Shown one piece after another: positions 17,142-27,723 of a stretch of 64,000 nt of DNA. Location of the stretch: the NCBI GenBank assembly GCA_963748015.1, contig CAVVHE010000004.1, positions 1,728,001 through 1,792,000 of the forward strand, in the 5' to 3' direction. A model generated the notes under the pieces. It was not told where the DNA came from, ran no database searches, and saw only the letters and a list, made by a program, of their open reading frames with translations. Within the stretch, counting starts at the first letter, position 1; each line of letters starts with the position of its first letter. A program made the translations under genes and the position numbers. Source of the stretch: Terriglobia bacterium. Lineage in GTDB: Bacteria; Acidobacteriota; Polarisedimenticolia; Polarisedimenticolales; JAIQFR01.

Positions 17142-19358
17142 ATGCGCAGCCGAATGCCCGAGATCCGCACCGTTCCGGTGGCGGACATCGAGCTCCCGAT
17201 GGAGCTCTCCCGGCTCTACGACATCGTCTACAACCTGTGGTGGACGTGGTCCCCCCGCGCGCACCTCCTGTTCAGCGCCATCGACCCGGTACGGTGGATG
17301 CGGTACCGCAACCCGGTCGAGCTCCTGATCAACGTCGAGCCGCACCGCTGGGAGCCGCTGCTCCTCGACGACAACTTCATGTCGCTCTACGAGAAGCTGG
17401 TGGACTCGTTCGACGACTACCTGGCCGGGGCGGATCGATCGTGGTTCCGCAAGACCTTCCCGGACTACAACGCCGGCCCCTTCGCCTACTTCTCCACCGA
17501 GTTCGGCTGGCACGAGAGCCTCGGGATCTACTCGGGCGGCCTGGGGATCCTGTCGGGCGACCACTGCAAGTCCGCGAGCGACCTCGGCCTGCCCTTCGTC
17601 GGCGTAGGCCTCCTCTATCGCCGCGGCTACTTCCTGCAAACCGTGGACGCCGACGGGGGCCAGCAGCATTTCTATCCGGATTTCGACGTTCGGCGGCTCC
17701 CGGTGCTCCCGATCGTCGGCCCCGGCGGCAAGGAAGTCCGGGTGTCGGTGGACCTTCTCGAGCGGAAGGTGCATCTGAGACTCTGGAAGGCGACCATCGG
17801 ACGCGTTCCGGTCATCCTGCTGGACTCGGACGTCCGGGAGAACGTCGCCGCCGACCGCCAGATCACCTCCATCCTCTACGTGCGCGGCCGCGAGATGAGG
17901 CTCTGCCAGGAGATCCTCCTGGGCATAGGGGGCGTCCACGCCCTCCGCGCGCTGGGGATCGAGCCGGCGGTGTGGCACCTCAACGAGGGACACTCGGCGT
18001 TCGCGTCGCTCGAGCGCCTCCGCGAGCGCGTCATGGCCGAGAAGCAGCCGTTCGAGGAGGCGCTCCGGCGCGTCGCCGAGAACGCGGTATTCACCACGCA
18101 CACCCCCGTTCCGGCCGGCAACGAGGTGTTCGAGGCTTCGCTGGTGAAGGAGTATTTCGAGGACTGCGCGAAGCGCTGCGGCGTGGCCGTGGACAAGCTG
18201 CTCCGGCTCGGGCGCGCCGACTCGGAGCGCGACGACGGCCAGTTCAACCTCACGGCCCTCGCGATCCGCTCCACGCGTCAGACCAATGCCGTGAGCGAGC
18301 TGCACGGGCGGGTCGCCGACGCGATGTGGCGCCACATCATCCCCCCCAAGGAGGACGCGGCGGACGAGCAGCGGGTCACGCACATCACGAACGGCGTGCA
18401 CGTGCCGACGTGGCTCGGGCCGGAGATGGGCGAGCTCCTCCGGCAGCGGCTCGGAAAGGGGTTCCTCACTCGCCTCCTAGACCCCGGTTTCGCCGAGGCG
18501 GTCGTGGCGATCCCCGACGCCGACCTCTGGGAGGCCCACCAGGCCCAGAAGAAGCGCCTGATCGGCTTCGGGCGCGAGCGGCTGATCGGGCAGTTCGCGC
18601 GCCACGGCCGGTCTCCGAAGGAGCTGCGGCAGATCGAGGGCCTGATGGACCCGGAGGTCCTGACGCTCGGCTTCGGGCGCCGCTTCGCGACGTACAAGCG
18701 GGCCGACCTCATCTTCAACGACCCCGGAAGGCTCCGCTCGATCCTGACCGAGTCCAGCCGGCCCGTGCAGATGCTCTTCGCCGGGAAGGCGCACCCGGCC
18801 GACCGCCCGGGACAGGAGCTGATTCGCAGGATCTTCGAGGCGTCGCTCACCCCCGCCCTCGAGGGTCGCATCGTGTTCCTGGAGAACTACGACATGCGCG
18901 TCGCCCGCATGCTGGTCCAGGGCGTGGACGTCTGGCTCAATACCCCGAGCCGCCCTCACGAGGCCAGCGGGACGAGCGGCATGAAGGTGGCGGTCAACGG
19001 CGGCCTGAACTTCAGCGTGCTCGACGGCTGGTGGTGCGAGGGGTACGACCGCACTCACGGGTGGGTCATCGGCCGGGGACAGGACAACCCGAATCCGGCC
19101 GAGCAGAACCGCGAGGACGCGGAGTCGTTCTACAAGGTCCTGTCCGGCGAGATCGTTCCATGCTTCTATCGCCGGGACCCCGCGTCGGGCCTCCCGGTCG
19201 AGTGGATCTCGCGGATGAAGCGGGCCATCGCCAAGCTGACGCCCCGGTTCAGCACCGAGCGCATGCTTCGCGACTACACGCGCAAGGCCTACCTTCCCGC
19301 CGCGCTGGGCGAGGAGCCTGGGGCCGTGATCCAGGAATCGCAGTTCTGGCAGCCCTGA
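17142..19358 (+). CDS. glgP: Alpha-glucan (glycogen) phosphorylase
   Basis: YSGGLGILSGDH.KSASDLG, HLNEGH, FTTHTPVPAGNE, RRFATYKRA, EASGTSGMK. TATAAT at 17102-17107 upstream. Confidence 0.96.
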   Translation: MRSRMPEIRTVPVADIELPMELSRLYDIVYNLWWTWSPRAHLLFSAIDPVRWMRYRNPVELLINVEPHRWEPLLLDDNFMSLYEKLVDSFDDYLAGADRSWFRKTFPDYNAGPFAYFSTEFGWHESLGIYSGGLGILSGDHCKSASDLGLPFVGVGLLYRRGYFLQTVDADGGQQHFYPDFDVRRLPVLPIVGPGGKEVRVSVDLLERKVHLRLWKATIGRVPVILLDSDVRENVAADRQITSILYVRGREMRLCQEILLGIGGVHALRALGIEPAVWHLNEGHSAFASLERLRERVMAEKQPFEEALRRVAENAVFTTHTPVPAGNEVFEASLVKEYFEDCAKRCGVAVDKLLRLGRADSERDDGQFNLTALAIRSTRQTNAVSELHGRVADAMWRHIIPPKEDAADEQRVTHITNGVHVPTWLGPEMGELLRQRLGKGFLTRLLDPGFAEAVVAIPDADLWEAHQAQKKRLIGFGRERLIGQFARHGRSPKELRQIEGLMDPEVLTLGFGRRFATYKRADLIFNDPGRLRSILTESSRPVQMLFAGKAHPADRPGQELIRRIFEASLTPALEGRIVFLENYDMRVARMLVQGVDVWLNTPSRPHEASGTSGMKVAVNGGLNFSVLDGWWCEGYDRTHGWVIGRGQDNPNPAEQNREDAESFYKVLSGEIVPCFYRRDPASGLPVEWISRMKRAIAKLTPRFSTERMLRDYTRKAYLPAALGEEPGAVIQESQFWQP

Positions 19359-19391
19359 CGGGGCGCCGGCGGCACGAAAGGGACCGACGAC

Positions 19392-19583
19392 ATGAAGCGC
19401 AGCGACGAGAAGGCTCGGCAGGACGACCGGGACGTGACCGGATTCTGCGAGGAAGCGCAGGCGGACGGCGTTCCGTGCTACGAGTCGGGCCGGCAGTGCG
19501 ACACCTGCGCGCGCGCCCGCCCGGAGGACGCGCCGCCCGCCGCGGCTCCCCCGGCGCGAAAGTCCCCTCCGCGGAAACGCTGA
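19392..19583 (+). CDS. Small Cys-rich hypothetical protein
   Basis: Starts 33 nt after glgP with a purine-rich RBS. Pattern C-x9-C-x6-C-x2-C; terminator-like hairpin follows. Confidence 0.55.
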   Translation: MKRSDEKARQDDRDVTGFCEEAQADGVPCYESGRQCDTCARARPEDAPPAAAPPARKSPPRKR

Positions 19584-19604
19584 GCGCGGGTGGCCGGCCG
19601 GGAG

Positions 19605-19666
19605 AAAAAAACGCCTCCCGGCGCGCCCGCCTCTGGGGGGAGAGAGAGGTCGCGCCGGGAGGTTTT
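19605..19666. terminator. Probable bidirectional intrinsic terminator
   Basis: A-tract, cctcccggcgcg...cgcgccgggagg, then tttt, between convergent transcription units. Confidence 0.55.
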
Positions 19667-19849
19667 GAGGCCTTACGGGACACACCCACTGCGACCGTCG
19701 TGCCATCCCGAGCGCTTCCCGGCAGGCTCGCGTAACCGGCTGGTCCGTAAGCCTTTAGCGCAGGGCGCCGCCAGAGGCCGCCCGGGCGCTGCTCGATCCC
19801 GCGTTACCGGTTCGTAAGCACGCCGGGGCCCCGTGCGCCGATTCGAAAC

Positions 19850-20953
19850 TCACTCCCAGAATTTCCACGCCGGTTTCCGGTTCTCGTCGCCCGACTCGAG
19901 GACGACGTCGTGGGCCGGCAACTCCGGCAGGGCGCGGGCGACCAGTTCGCGGAACTGGGCGGGGTCCGCGTCAGGCCCGGCATGATTCGTCGGGTTCGTG
20001 GCGACCGCGACGAGCTTCATCGGCCGGACGACCTGGAAGCGCCCGTGCCCCTTGAGCCACGCCTTGAAGTAGATCGGCGCGACGTTGATCCGGGTCGCGT
20101 CGCGCACCACCAGGCTGCACCGGAAGGCCGAGCGCACCAGCGGGATCATGAACTCGTCGTTGACGCCGTGCGGCATCACCACCGTCGCGACCGGGGTCTG
20201 GCCGAGCGTCTCCAGGGCGCGCGTCGGATCGTCGAGCCCCGGAGGAAGGACGCCGATCGCCTTCCCGCGAGCGTCGAGGAGGGCGGCGGCGCCGGTCGAG
20301 GCGGTCTCCTCCCAGGCCACGCGCGCCGGCTCCTCGCACGGGGGGACGGTCAGCGTCTCGACCACGTAGCGGGCTGCCGCGGCGGAGCGCTCGGGGGACG
20401 CGGAGTAGCTCGACCCGACGACGATGATTGCCCCGTCCACGATGCCTGGGGCCGCGAACGCCCGCCGCTCCCATCCCCCGTCCACGAGCACCAGCCCACC
20501 CGACTTCTCGCCGAGTCGCGAGAGGACCTCCGCCATGCCGTCGCTCTCGGACGGGCCGTGCAGGTCCACTTCCCCGCCGCGAAACACGCGGTACAGGCCG
20601 ATCGCGCCGAGGGGAGTCTGCCACGAGGTCCCCTCGACCAGCTCGAGCCCGCCCTCGGCGCTGCGGACGGTGTCGGCCGCCGTCGCGATGCAGGCGCCGT
20701 CGGGAAGAGCCAGCCGCGTCACCGGCTGCTCGTTGGGGCTGTGCTCGAACTCGATCTCGAGAGGGAGCCGCGGAGCGGAGGTCACCGCGATCGGCCACGA
20801 GCGGGCATGGATCCGGCGAACGAGATGGGAAAGGACCGTGCGCGTCCCGGCGCGCGAGTGCAGCCCCAGGACCGCCACACGCTGGCAGCCGGAGGAAACG
20901 ACACGGTCGAGGAGGTCGGGGCCCTCGGGCGGCTTCGGCTTGCGATCGAACAT
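19850..20953 (-). CDS. Hypothetical protein resembling KamB (lysine 5,6-aminomutase reactivase subunit) with a degenerate P-loop
   Basis: Blocks CIATA, TPLG, GEVDLHGPS, LVLVDG...R.AFAAP..VDGAII and AVATNP resemble KamB-like proteins from memory; not verified by search. Confidence 0.5.
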   Translation of the reverse strand: MFDRKPKPPEGPDLLDRVVSSGCQRVAVLGLHSRAGTRTVLSHLVRRIHARSWPIAVTSAPRLPLEIEFEHSPNEQPVTRLALPDGACIATAADTVRSAEGGLELVEGTSWQTPLGAIGLYRVFRGGEVDLHGPSESDGMAEVLSRLGEKSGGLVLVDGGWERRAFAAPGIVDGAIIVVGSSYSASPERSAAAARYVVETLTVPPCEEPARVAWEETASTGAAALLDARGKAIGVLPPGLDDPTRALETLGQTPVATVVMPHGVNDEFMIPLVRSAFRCSLVVRDATRINVAPIYFKAWLKGHGRFQVVRPMKLVAVATNPTNHAGPDADPAQFRELVARALPELPAHDVVLESGDENRKPAWKFWE

Positions 20954-21028
20954 CGTCCCACCGGCGCGGCGCACGGCGGCGGGACAACCGCCGACTGGGC
21001 CGCACCGGGGGATTCTAGCAACTCGGAG

Positions 21029-21613
21029 TCACTTCTGGGATGTGCCGACGGGAGTGATCACGGGACGGAGGATGTAGGGGTGCTGGCCGGGCGTCGAGTT
21101 GACCTGGACCGACATGGCGGCGTCGAAGTCGAGCGTCACGTCGGTCTCGGTGCTGGCGGTCACCGTGAAGGTCACGGGAATGTCCACTTTCCCGGACGGG
21201 ACGAAGATCGGATCGACCACGTCCGGGTCCTCCGCCGTGGCGCCGGCCCGCACGAGCTCCGCGGACTCGACTTCCATCCGGATCCTGGAGTAGGTGCCCG
21301 GGGGCACGTCCGCGGTGGCGATCACGATGGTCTGCCCGTTCTGGTAATCAAGCAGGTTGAGCGTGAGGCCCGCGCCCGCGGCGACGTTTTTCATGGTCAT
21401 CGGGTCGCCGCCGGAATCCCCTGTCTGGTCCGGGGGGTACAGGATCATGTTCTTCAGGGTCACGTTGACGGCCTTGACGCCCGTCAGGTCGATCGGCGCG
21501 TCGGTGAGCAGCACGGCGACGCTGCCGTGGTTCGGTGACGTCGTTCCGGACGAGCACGCCGCCATGGCGGCGACGGTGACCAGTACGACCAGCATCATCA
21601 CGGTTTTCTTCAT
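21029..21613 (-). CDS. DUF4382-family lipoprotein
   Basis: Lipobox MAAC, VLLTDAP, VPPGTYSRIRM, LDFDAAMSV and YILRPVI. Confidence 0.85.
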   Translation of the reverse strand: MKKTVMMLVVLVTVAAMAACSSGTTSPNHGSVAVLLTDAPIDLTGVKAVNVTLKNMILYPPDQTGDSGGDPMTMKNVAAGAGLTLNLLDYQNGQTIVIATADVPPGTYSRIRMEVESAELVRAGATAEDPDVVDPIFVPSGKVDIPVTFTVTASTETDVTLDFDAAMSVQVNSTPGQHPYILRPVITPVGTSQK

Positions 21614-21937
21614 CTCGAGCCTCCCTTCGGGAAAACCCACTCGGGCCGCAGATGCCGCCGGCCCCGGCTGGAAGCTCCCGACAGACCTCCACCAGCCTTT
21701 CTACATGCAAGGGCCACGCCGATGCAGCCCCCGAGGGACTTCGGGGCCAGACCCCTGCAATGCCGGTCCGGCACGGCGGGCGATGCCGGAAAGGCCGGAA
21801 AGAACTGGCGGAGTTCTCCTGGTGCCACCCCCTCCCCATTCGCGGCCGTGTACCTTCGCCACGCGGTCGCGGCACGGGCGTGTAAGAAGGGTGGCGGTCG
21901 GGGGGGCCTCGATGAACGGCCCGTCAGGGGAGGAACT

Positions 21938-22012
21938 TGGAGGCGGCGACCGGATTTGAACCGGTGAATGACGGTTTTGCAGACCGTTGCCTTACCACTT
22001 GGCTACGCCGCC
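21938..22012 (-). tRNA. tRNA-Cys (GCA)
   Basis: Reverse complement GGCGGCGTAGCCAAGTGGTAAGGCAACGGTCTGCAAAACCGTCATTCACCGGTTCAAATCCGGTCGCCGCCTCCA folds as a cloverleaf with encoded CCA. Confidence 0.97.
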
Positions 22013-22024
22013 GTCGAAACCTGA

Positions 22025-22053
22025 ATGATAGACCGGGCGAGCGGAGCGGTCAA
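22025..22053 (-). promoter_or_regulatory. Sigma70 promoter for tRNA-Cys
   Basis: Minus strand TTGACC-17 nt-TATCAT directly upstream of the tRNA. Confidence 0.7.
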
Positions 22054-22071
22054 TCGGCAGGCCGGAGAGGG

Positions 22072-22100
22072 TTGACTCGCGGGGGCGGGGGCGGTACGGT
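22072..22100 (+). promoter_or_regulatory. Sigma70 promoter for the TPP riboswitch operon
   Basis: TTGACT-17 nt-TACGGT ending 8 nt before the riboswitch P1 stem. Confidence 0.6.
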
Positions 22101-22108
22101 GTTGGCGG

Positions 22109-22190
22109 TTCCGTTAGGGGTGCCGGAGAGTTCCGGCTGAGAAAAAACCCTCGAACCTGAACTGGATCATACCAGCGTAGGGAAACGGGA
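22109..22190 (+). ncRNA. TPP (thiamine pyrophosphate) riboswitch
   Basis: Consensus blocks GGGGTGC...GCTGAGA...ACCC.CGAACCTGA.CTGG..CATACCAGCGTAGGGAA, with P1 ttccgtt/aacggga. Confidence 0.95.
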
Positions 22191-22305
22191 CGTGCCCGCG
22201 GGAAACCTCCACCAGGCTCCTTCGGACCGTTCGCCCTCGCGCTCGGGGTTGGCAGGACGGTCCCGACCGGAACCAGGGGCCGCTCCTCCCGGCCGGGAGG
22301 TCGCG

Positions 22306-24695
22306 ATGGATCCCCGCCGAACCGGCGGAGCGGCGCTGCTGCTCGCGGCGGCGCTCGCGATCGCGCCCGCGTGGGCCGCCGCGGAGGAGCCGTCCCCGCC
22401 CCCGGCTCCTCCTCCCGAGGCGTCTCCCTCCGAGGGGGACCCGGCCGGCCAGCCGGCGAAGCCCCCGCAGCCCCTCCCCAGCCTCGTCGAGAGCGTCGTC
22501 GTGAAGGGCACGCTGGCGGAGGAAGGCCGCGACGCCGCCACGTTCACGAACGTCTCGCGCGAGGAGATCGCGACGCGCAACCGAGGGCAGGACCTCGCGA
22601 TGATCCTCGCGGACACGCCGAACGCCTACGCGTACAGCGACGCGGGCAACGGCATCGGGTACAGCTACCTGAGCCTCCGCGGGTTCCGCCAGGAGCGGAT
22701 CGCGACCTACGTGGACGGCGTTCCCCTCAATACCCCCGAGGACCACGCCCTCTACTTCATCGACCTCGCCGACCTCGCCGGCGGCCTCGCGAGCTTCCAG
22801 GTGCAGCGAGGAACCGGGACGTCGCTCTACGGCTCCCCCGCGGTCGGGGGCGCGGTTCACCTCGAGATGGCCCACCTCGACCCGGTCGAGGGGGGGAGGT
22901 CAAGCTCGGCGCCGGGTCGTTCGGGACCCGGCGGCTGGACTTCCGCTACGGGGGACCGATCGCGGGAGGGCGGTGGGCCTGGATGGCTCGCGCCGCGCGG
23001 GTGGAGAGCGACGGCTACCGGATGCCGTCATGGACGCGCCACACGTTCTTCCAGCTCTCGGTGGAGCGGTTCGGCGACGATCAGGTCCTCAGGATCCACC
23101 TGTTCGGCGGACCGGAGAGCACGCAGCTCGCGTACTACGGCGTGCCGGCCGAGTACCTTCGCGGCGAGGTCACCGGAGACGCCGACCACGACCGCCGCAT
23201 CAACCCGATGAGACCCGGCGAGACCGACACGTTCCTCCAGCCGCGCCTGCACGTCCTCCACGACTGGAAGATCTCGGATCGCGTGTTCCTGCACAACGCG
23301 GCGTACCTCGTCGTCAACGACGGCTACTTCAAGCAGCACGACGACCTCTTCGGCGACTACGTCACGAGCTGGAACGCCGACGGGACGCCGCTCGCGGTCA
23401 CGCCGGTGCAGGACGCGTGGCGCAAGCGCTGGATCGGCGGGAACGACTTCGGCCTGGTCCCGCGCGTCACCTGGGACCACCGCGGGGGGACCTTGACCGG
23501 CGGCCTCTTCGTCCAGTACCACTCGCTCCGGCACGAGGGAACGCTCGAGCAGGGAACCCTCTGCACGGCGACCGGCTCCGCGGATCCGTGCTCCGCCACC
23601 GAACCCCTCGGCGACGCGGCGACGCTCTACGATTACGACAACCGAAAGGAGACCCTCTCCGCGTTCGTCCGGGAGACGCTGCGCCCGACGCTGCGCCTGG
23701 CCGTCCATCTCGAGCTGCAGGCGACCCGTCACGGTTTCTCCATGGGGGACGACCGGATCCGCGGCCTCTCCTGGGAGACCCACTACTCGTTCGTCGCGCC
23801 GAGGATCGGGGTCAACTGGAACGCCAGCGACAAACTCGGGTTCTACGGCACGGTCTCGACGGCCGACAGCGAGCCGACGTTCGTCGGCGTGTGGAGCGCC
23901 GAGGACCCGTGGAGCCCGCCCGCGGACGCCTTTCGCGGCTACGACGCGGCGCGGCGCCTCTATTCGGATCCGATCGCGCGACCGGAGAAGCTCCGCGACT
24001 ACGAGGCCGGGACGACCTTCAGGTCCGGCGCGACCTTCTTGAAGGCGGCGATCTACCGGATGGAGTTCGAGGACGAGTTCGTTCCGCAGGGCGGCCTCAA
24101 CGAGGACGGCCTGCCGGTCACCGTCAACGCCGGCCGGTCGCTCCACCGCGGGGTCGAGCTGGAGGCGGGCGGCAAGCTCCCGGGAGGCATCGACGCGAGC
24201 GCGTACCTCACCTTGAGCGATGACGTGCTTCGGGACTTCACGCTCTACGGTACGAGCCCGTCGGGCGAGAGCGTCGCCGCGGACTATTCGGGGAACGCCA
24301 TCGCCGGCTTCCCCGACCACACCGCGCGTGTGCGCCTGGCCCGCCAGCTCGGTCCCGCGCGCGTTCAGCTGGGAGCGCGGCAGATCGGCACCATCTTCCT
24401 CGACAACAGCGAGGACGAGCGGAAGAACCCCGAGGCCCGCCTCGGCGAGGGGTACGTCGCCAAGCGGATCGACCCGTACACGGTGGTGGACGCCCAGGTG
24501 AGCTTGGACCTCACGCGGCTCGTCAAGCGGCGCGGCGCGACGCTGCGCTTCGACCTCTGGGTGGACAACCTCCTCGACCGCCGCTACACGGCGATGGGGT
24601 ACTCGTACCCGAACGAGGACTTCACGTCGTTCTACACCGAGTTCTTCCCGGGAGCGACGCGCAACTTCCTCGCCGGCCTGACCCTCGGGTTCTGA
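22306..24695 (+). CDS. TonB-dependent receptor, probably for thiamine (frameshift at G-run near 22890)
   Basis: Signal peptide, plug motifs (LRGF, DGVPLN.PED, VQRGTG.SLYG..A.GG), NLLD..Y and C-terminal F. Located under the TPP riboswitch. Confidence 0.9.
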
Positions 24696-26069
24696 TGGGG
24701 CCGCTCGATCTCGGCGTGGTGGCGGCGTACCTCGCGGCCACGGTATGGCTCGGGATCCGGTCCACCCGCCGGCCAGCGGAGCGCACCGAGGACTACCTCC
24801 TCGCGGGGCGCACGCTGAGCCTCCCCGCCTTCGTCGTCGCGCTCGTCGCCACGTGGTACGGCGGGGTCCTCGGCGTCGGGGAATACACGTACCTGCACGG
24901 CCTGTCGAACTGGCTCGTGCTCGGCGTGCCGTACTACGTCGGGGCGCTGCTCTTCGCGGCGCTCTTCGCGAGGAAAGCCCGTAACGCCGCCGGGTACACG
25001 GTCCCGGACCTCCTCTTCGAGACTTACGGGCGCGGCGCCGGCACGGTGGGGACCCTGACCGTCCTCGTGCTCTCCCTTCCCGCGGCGTACCTCCTGATGC
25101 TCGGCGTGCTGCTCCGCCGGATGACGGGCTGGGACCAGAGGCTGGCGATCGGCGCCTGCGCGCTGTTCTGCCTCGCCTACATCGCGGCGCGCGGCTTCCG
25201 CTCGGTCGTCCAGACGAAGGGGCTCCAGTTCGCGTTCATGTACGGCGGCTTCGCGCTGCTCCTCCCGGTGGCGGTGTGGAGCGCGGGGGGATGGAGCTTC
25301 CTCGAGCGGGGCCTCCCCGCGGAGCACTTCACCTGGGACGGCGGCCAGGGTGCGGGGTACGTCGTCGCGTGGTACTTCATCGCCCTCCAGACCCTCGTCG
25401 AGCCGACGTTCTACCAGCGCTGCTTCGCCGCGAAGGAGTCCGAAGACCGCCAGGAACGGCATCCTGGTGTCCATCCTCTTCTTCGCGCTGTTCGACGGCC
25501 TCACCACGATCACCGGGATGTACGCCCGCGCGCTCCTGCCCGGCCTCCCGTCGGGCGTGGACGCGTTCCCGGCGCTCGGCGAGCTGCTCCTGCCCGCGGC
25601 GCTCCTCGGCGTCTTCTATGCGGGGATGATCGCGACGATCATGTCCACCGTGGATTCCTTCCTCTTCGTCGGCGGCGTCACCCTGGGAAGGGACCTCGTC
25701 TGGCGGCTGAGCGGCGGGAAGGCCGACCAGCTCTTCTGGACCCGGGTTGGCCTGGTCGTCGTCACGGCCCTCTCGGCGGGCATCGCGATGGCGTCCGAGT
25801 CGGTGGTCGCGCTCTGGTACGGGTTCTACAGCGTCGGAACGGCGACGCTCCTCCCCCCGTTGATCGGGACCTTCTATCCGTCGCTGCGGCCGGCGCCCCG
25901 CTTCGCAGCGTGGGGCATGGCGATCTCCGGCGGCTTGACGCTGGCATGGGTCCTCGGCCGAGCGGCGGCCGGGCGGCCGTGGCTCGGCATCGAGCCGATC
26001 TACGCCGGGCTGGCGGTGGCGGCCGCGACCCACCTCGTCGGTATCCTCGCCGCGCGCCGAAAGGGGTAA
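24695..26069 (+). CDS. Sodium:solute symporter (SSS) family protein (frameshift near 25440)
   Basis: DYLLAGR.L, ATWYGG, YQRCFAAK, ATIMSTVDS. Start overlaps the receptor stop (TGATG). Confidence 0.9.
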
Positions 26070-26124
26070 ACTTGACTCACCCCCGACGGTCGCCGGCCCC
26101 TCTCCGGCGGAAGGAGGATGCGCG

Positions 26125-26421
26125 ATGCCCACCTACGTGCTGATGACGACCCTCTCGCCGGACATCACGAAGAACATGCGGAACCGCGAGGAGATCGGGA
26201 AGGAGTGGAAGCAGCGGATCGCGAACCAGGTCCCCTCGGTGAAGTGGATCGCGCACTACGCGCTCCTCGGGCCTCACGATTTCCTAGACATCTACGAGGC
26301 GCCGGACGAGGAAGCCGCGGCCAAGGTCTCGATGATCTCCCTCTCGCTCGGCGCGCTCCGCGCCGAGTCGTGGACGGCGATCCCCTACCATCGATTCCTG
26401 GAGCTCTCGAAGGAGCTGTAG
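26125..26421 (+). CDS. GYD domain-containing protein
   Basis: MPTYVLM, YALLGPHDFLDIYEAPDEE.AAKVS and W.A; AAGGAGG RBS. Confidence 0.85.
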   Translation: MPTYVLMTTLSPDITKNMRNREEIGKEWKQRIANQVPSVKWIAHYALLGPHDFLDIYEAPDEEAAAKVSMISLSLGALRAESWTAIPYHRFLELSKEL

Positions 26422-26462
26422 GAGAGCGAGCCGGAAGCCCGCACCCGGGTTAGACTACCCGC

Positions 26463-27011
26463 ATGGTCGACGACATCGCGCCCGGGTTCCTGATCGCGGT
26501 CCCGCAGCTCCTGGACCCGAACTTCAAGCAGAGTGTCGTCCTGCTCCTGCGGCAGGACGACGAGGGCGCGCTCGGCATCGTCGTGAATCGCGAGACGTCG
26601 CTCCTGGTGCGCGACCTGTGCCGCGATCACGAGATCTCGTACTCCGGCCGGCCGGAGAAGCGGGTCCGGCTCGGAGGGCCCGTGCAGCCCGAGCAGGGCT
26701 TCGTCCTCTACGGTCCCGAGCACTCCGACCCGGAAGGGCGGGAGATCCAGGCCGGGCTGTACTTCAGCACCTCGACCGGAACGCTCGAGCGCCTGTGCGC
26801 CCTGCCGGCCGGACGGTTCCAGTGCTACTCGGGGTACGCGGGCTGGGGCCCCGCCCAGCTCGAGCGCGAGCTGGCGGAGGGGTCGTGGATCCTCTCCCCC
26901 TCCGATCCTTCGCTCGTTCTCGATCAGGACCCGACGGGCATGTGGCGCGGGGCGCTGACGTCCATCGGGATCGACCCGGCCTCGATCGTGCCCGGCGGCG
27001 GCGATTCCTGA
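26463..27011 (+). CDS. YqgE/AlgH family protein
   Basis: LIA.P.LLDPNF..SV, GALGIVVNR, GGPV, GYAGWGP.QLE.EL..GSW. Confidence 0.93.
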   Translation: MVDDIAPGFLIAVPQLLDPNFKQSVVLLLRQDDEGALGIVVNRETSLLVRDLCRDHEISYSGRPEKRVRLGGPVQPEQGFVLYGPEHSDPEGREIQAGLYFSTSTGTLERLCALPAGRFQCYSGYAGWGPAQLERELAEGSWILSPSDPSLVLDQDPTGMWRGALTSIGIDPASIVPGGGDS

Positions 27012-27040
27012 GCGGGTCCTCGGCCGCGGGCCTCCAGCCT

Positions 27041-27547
27041 TCAGGCTTTCGACTTGCCGGTATGCGCCGGCTTCGGCCGGTTCCTCTGGGTCTCCCGGCG
27101 GACCGCCGCAACCGTGTAGGACCCGTCCTCGTCACGGACCAGCACTTGCTTGGGGAGTCGAGCGGCCTGTTCGGAGCGGCTCGCGGGGTACGCGAACCGG
27201 CACACCTCGTCCCCCTCGTAATCGAACACCAGCGCGATGTCCCCCCGGTTGGACCAGACGTTCTGGTCGGTCCACCCGAAGACGGCCGGGGGCTTGTGCT
27301 GCACCCCTTCGCCGCTCGTGACCGTGATCGGGGCGCCGGGACGCAGCACCATCCCGTCCTCGAACCGGAAGACCTGCACGCCTTGGAGGCTGACCAGCGT
27401 CCAGCCGGTCAGCGGCTGCTCCACGTGCCCCTCGTTCGCGATGATCACCGCTTCGAACTTCCCGTCGTTCCGGACCTCCTTCACGCAGATACGTGCGCCA
27501 TCCAAGAGCTTCATCGGGCTGTACGTCGCGCGGCGATGGAGTCCCAT
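27041..27547 (-). CDS. Lamin tail domain (LTD) protein
   Basis: E.V.I.N.G.....LTGWTL, FRF.....L.PGA.ITV.SG, VWSNRGD.A.V.D..G.EV; GAGGAG RBS. Confidence 0.75.
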   Translation of the reverse strand: MGLHRRATYSPMKLLDGARICVKEVRNDGKFEAVIIANEGHVEQPLTGWTLVSLQGVQVFRFEDGMVLRPGAPITVTSGEGVQHKPPAVFGWTDQNVWSNRGDIALVFDYEGDEVCRFAYPASRSEQAARLPKQVLVRDEDGSYTVAAVRRETQRNRPKPAHTGKSKA

Positions 27548-27723
27548 CTTTCTCTCCTCGTGCGTGATGAGAGAGTGCGCGGCCCGAGCCCCGGGCCGCC
27601 CTGCCCCAAGAGTGCCACGAATCGCCTCGTAGGGCTAGCACACGGGGCTTTCCATCGCGCCGGCCATGACCTAGCATGCTCAGCGAGCGCACCGGCTTCG
27701 CCGGGCGCCGCCATGGAGCCAGG

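Noticed and set aside
19670..19845. Possible small RNA between the glgP terminator and the next gene
   Set aside because: Only short imperfect repeats (cgtaaccgg/cgttaccgg, cgtaagc twice) were seen, with no recognisable RNA family.
21938..22012. tRNA-Cys as an island integration site
   Set aside because: No duplicated tRNA 3' end or integrase was found nearby.
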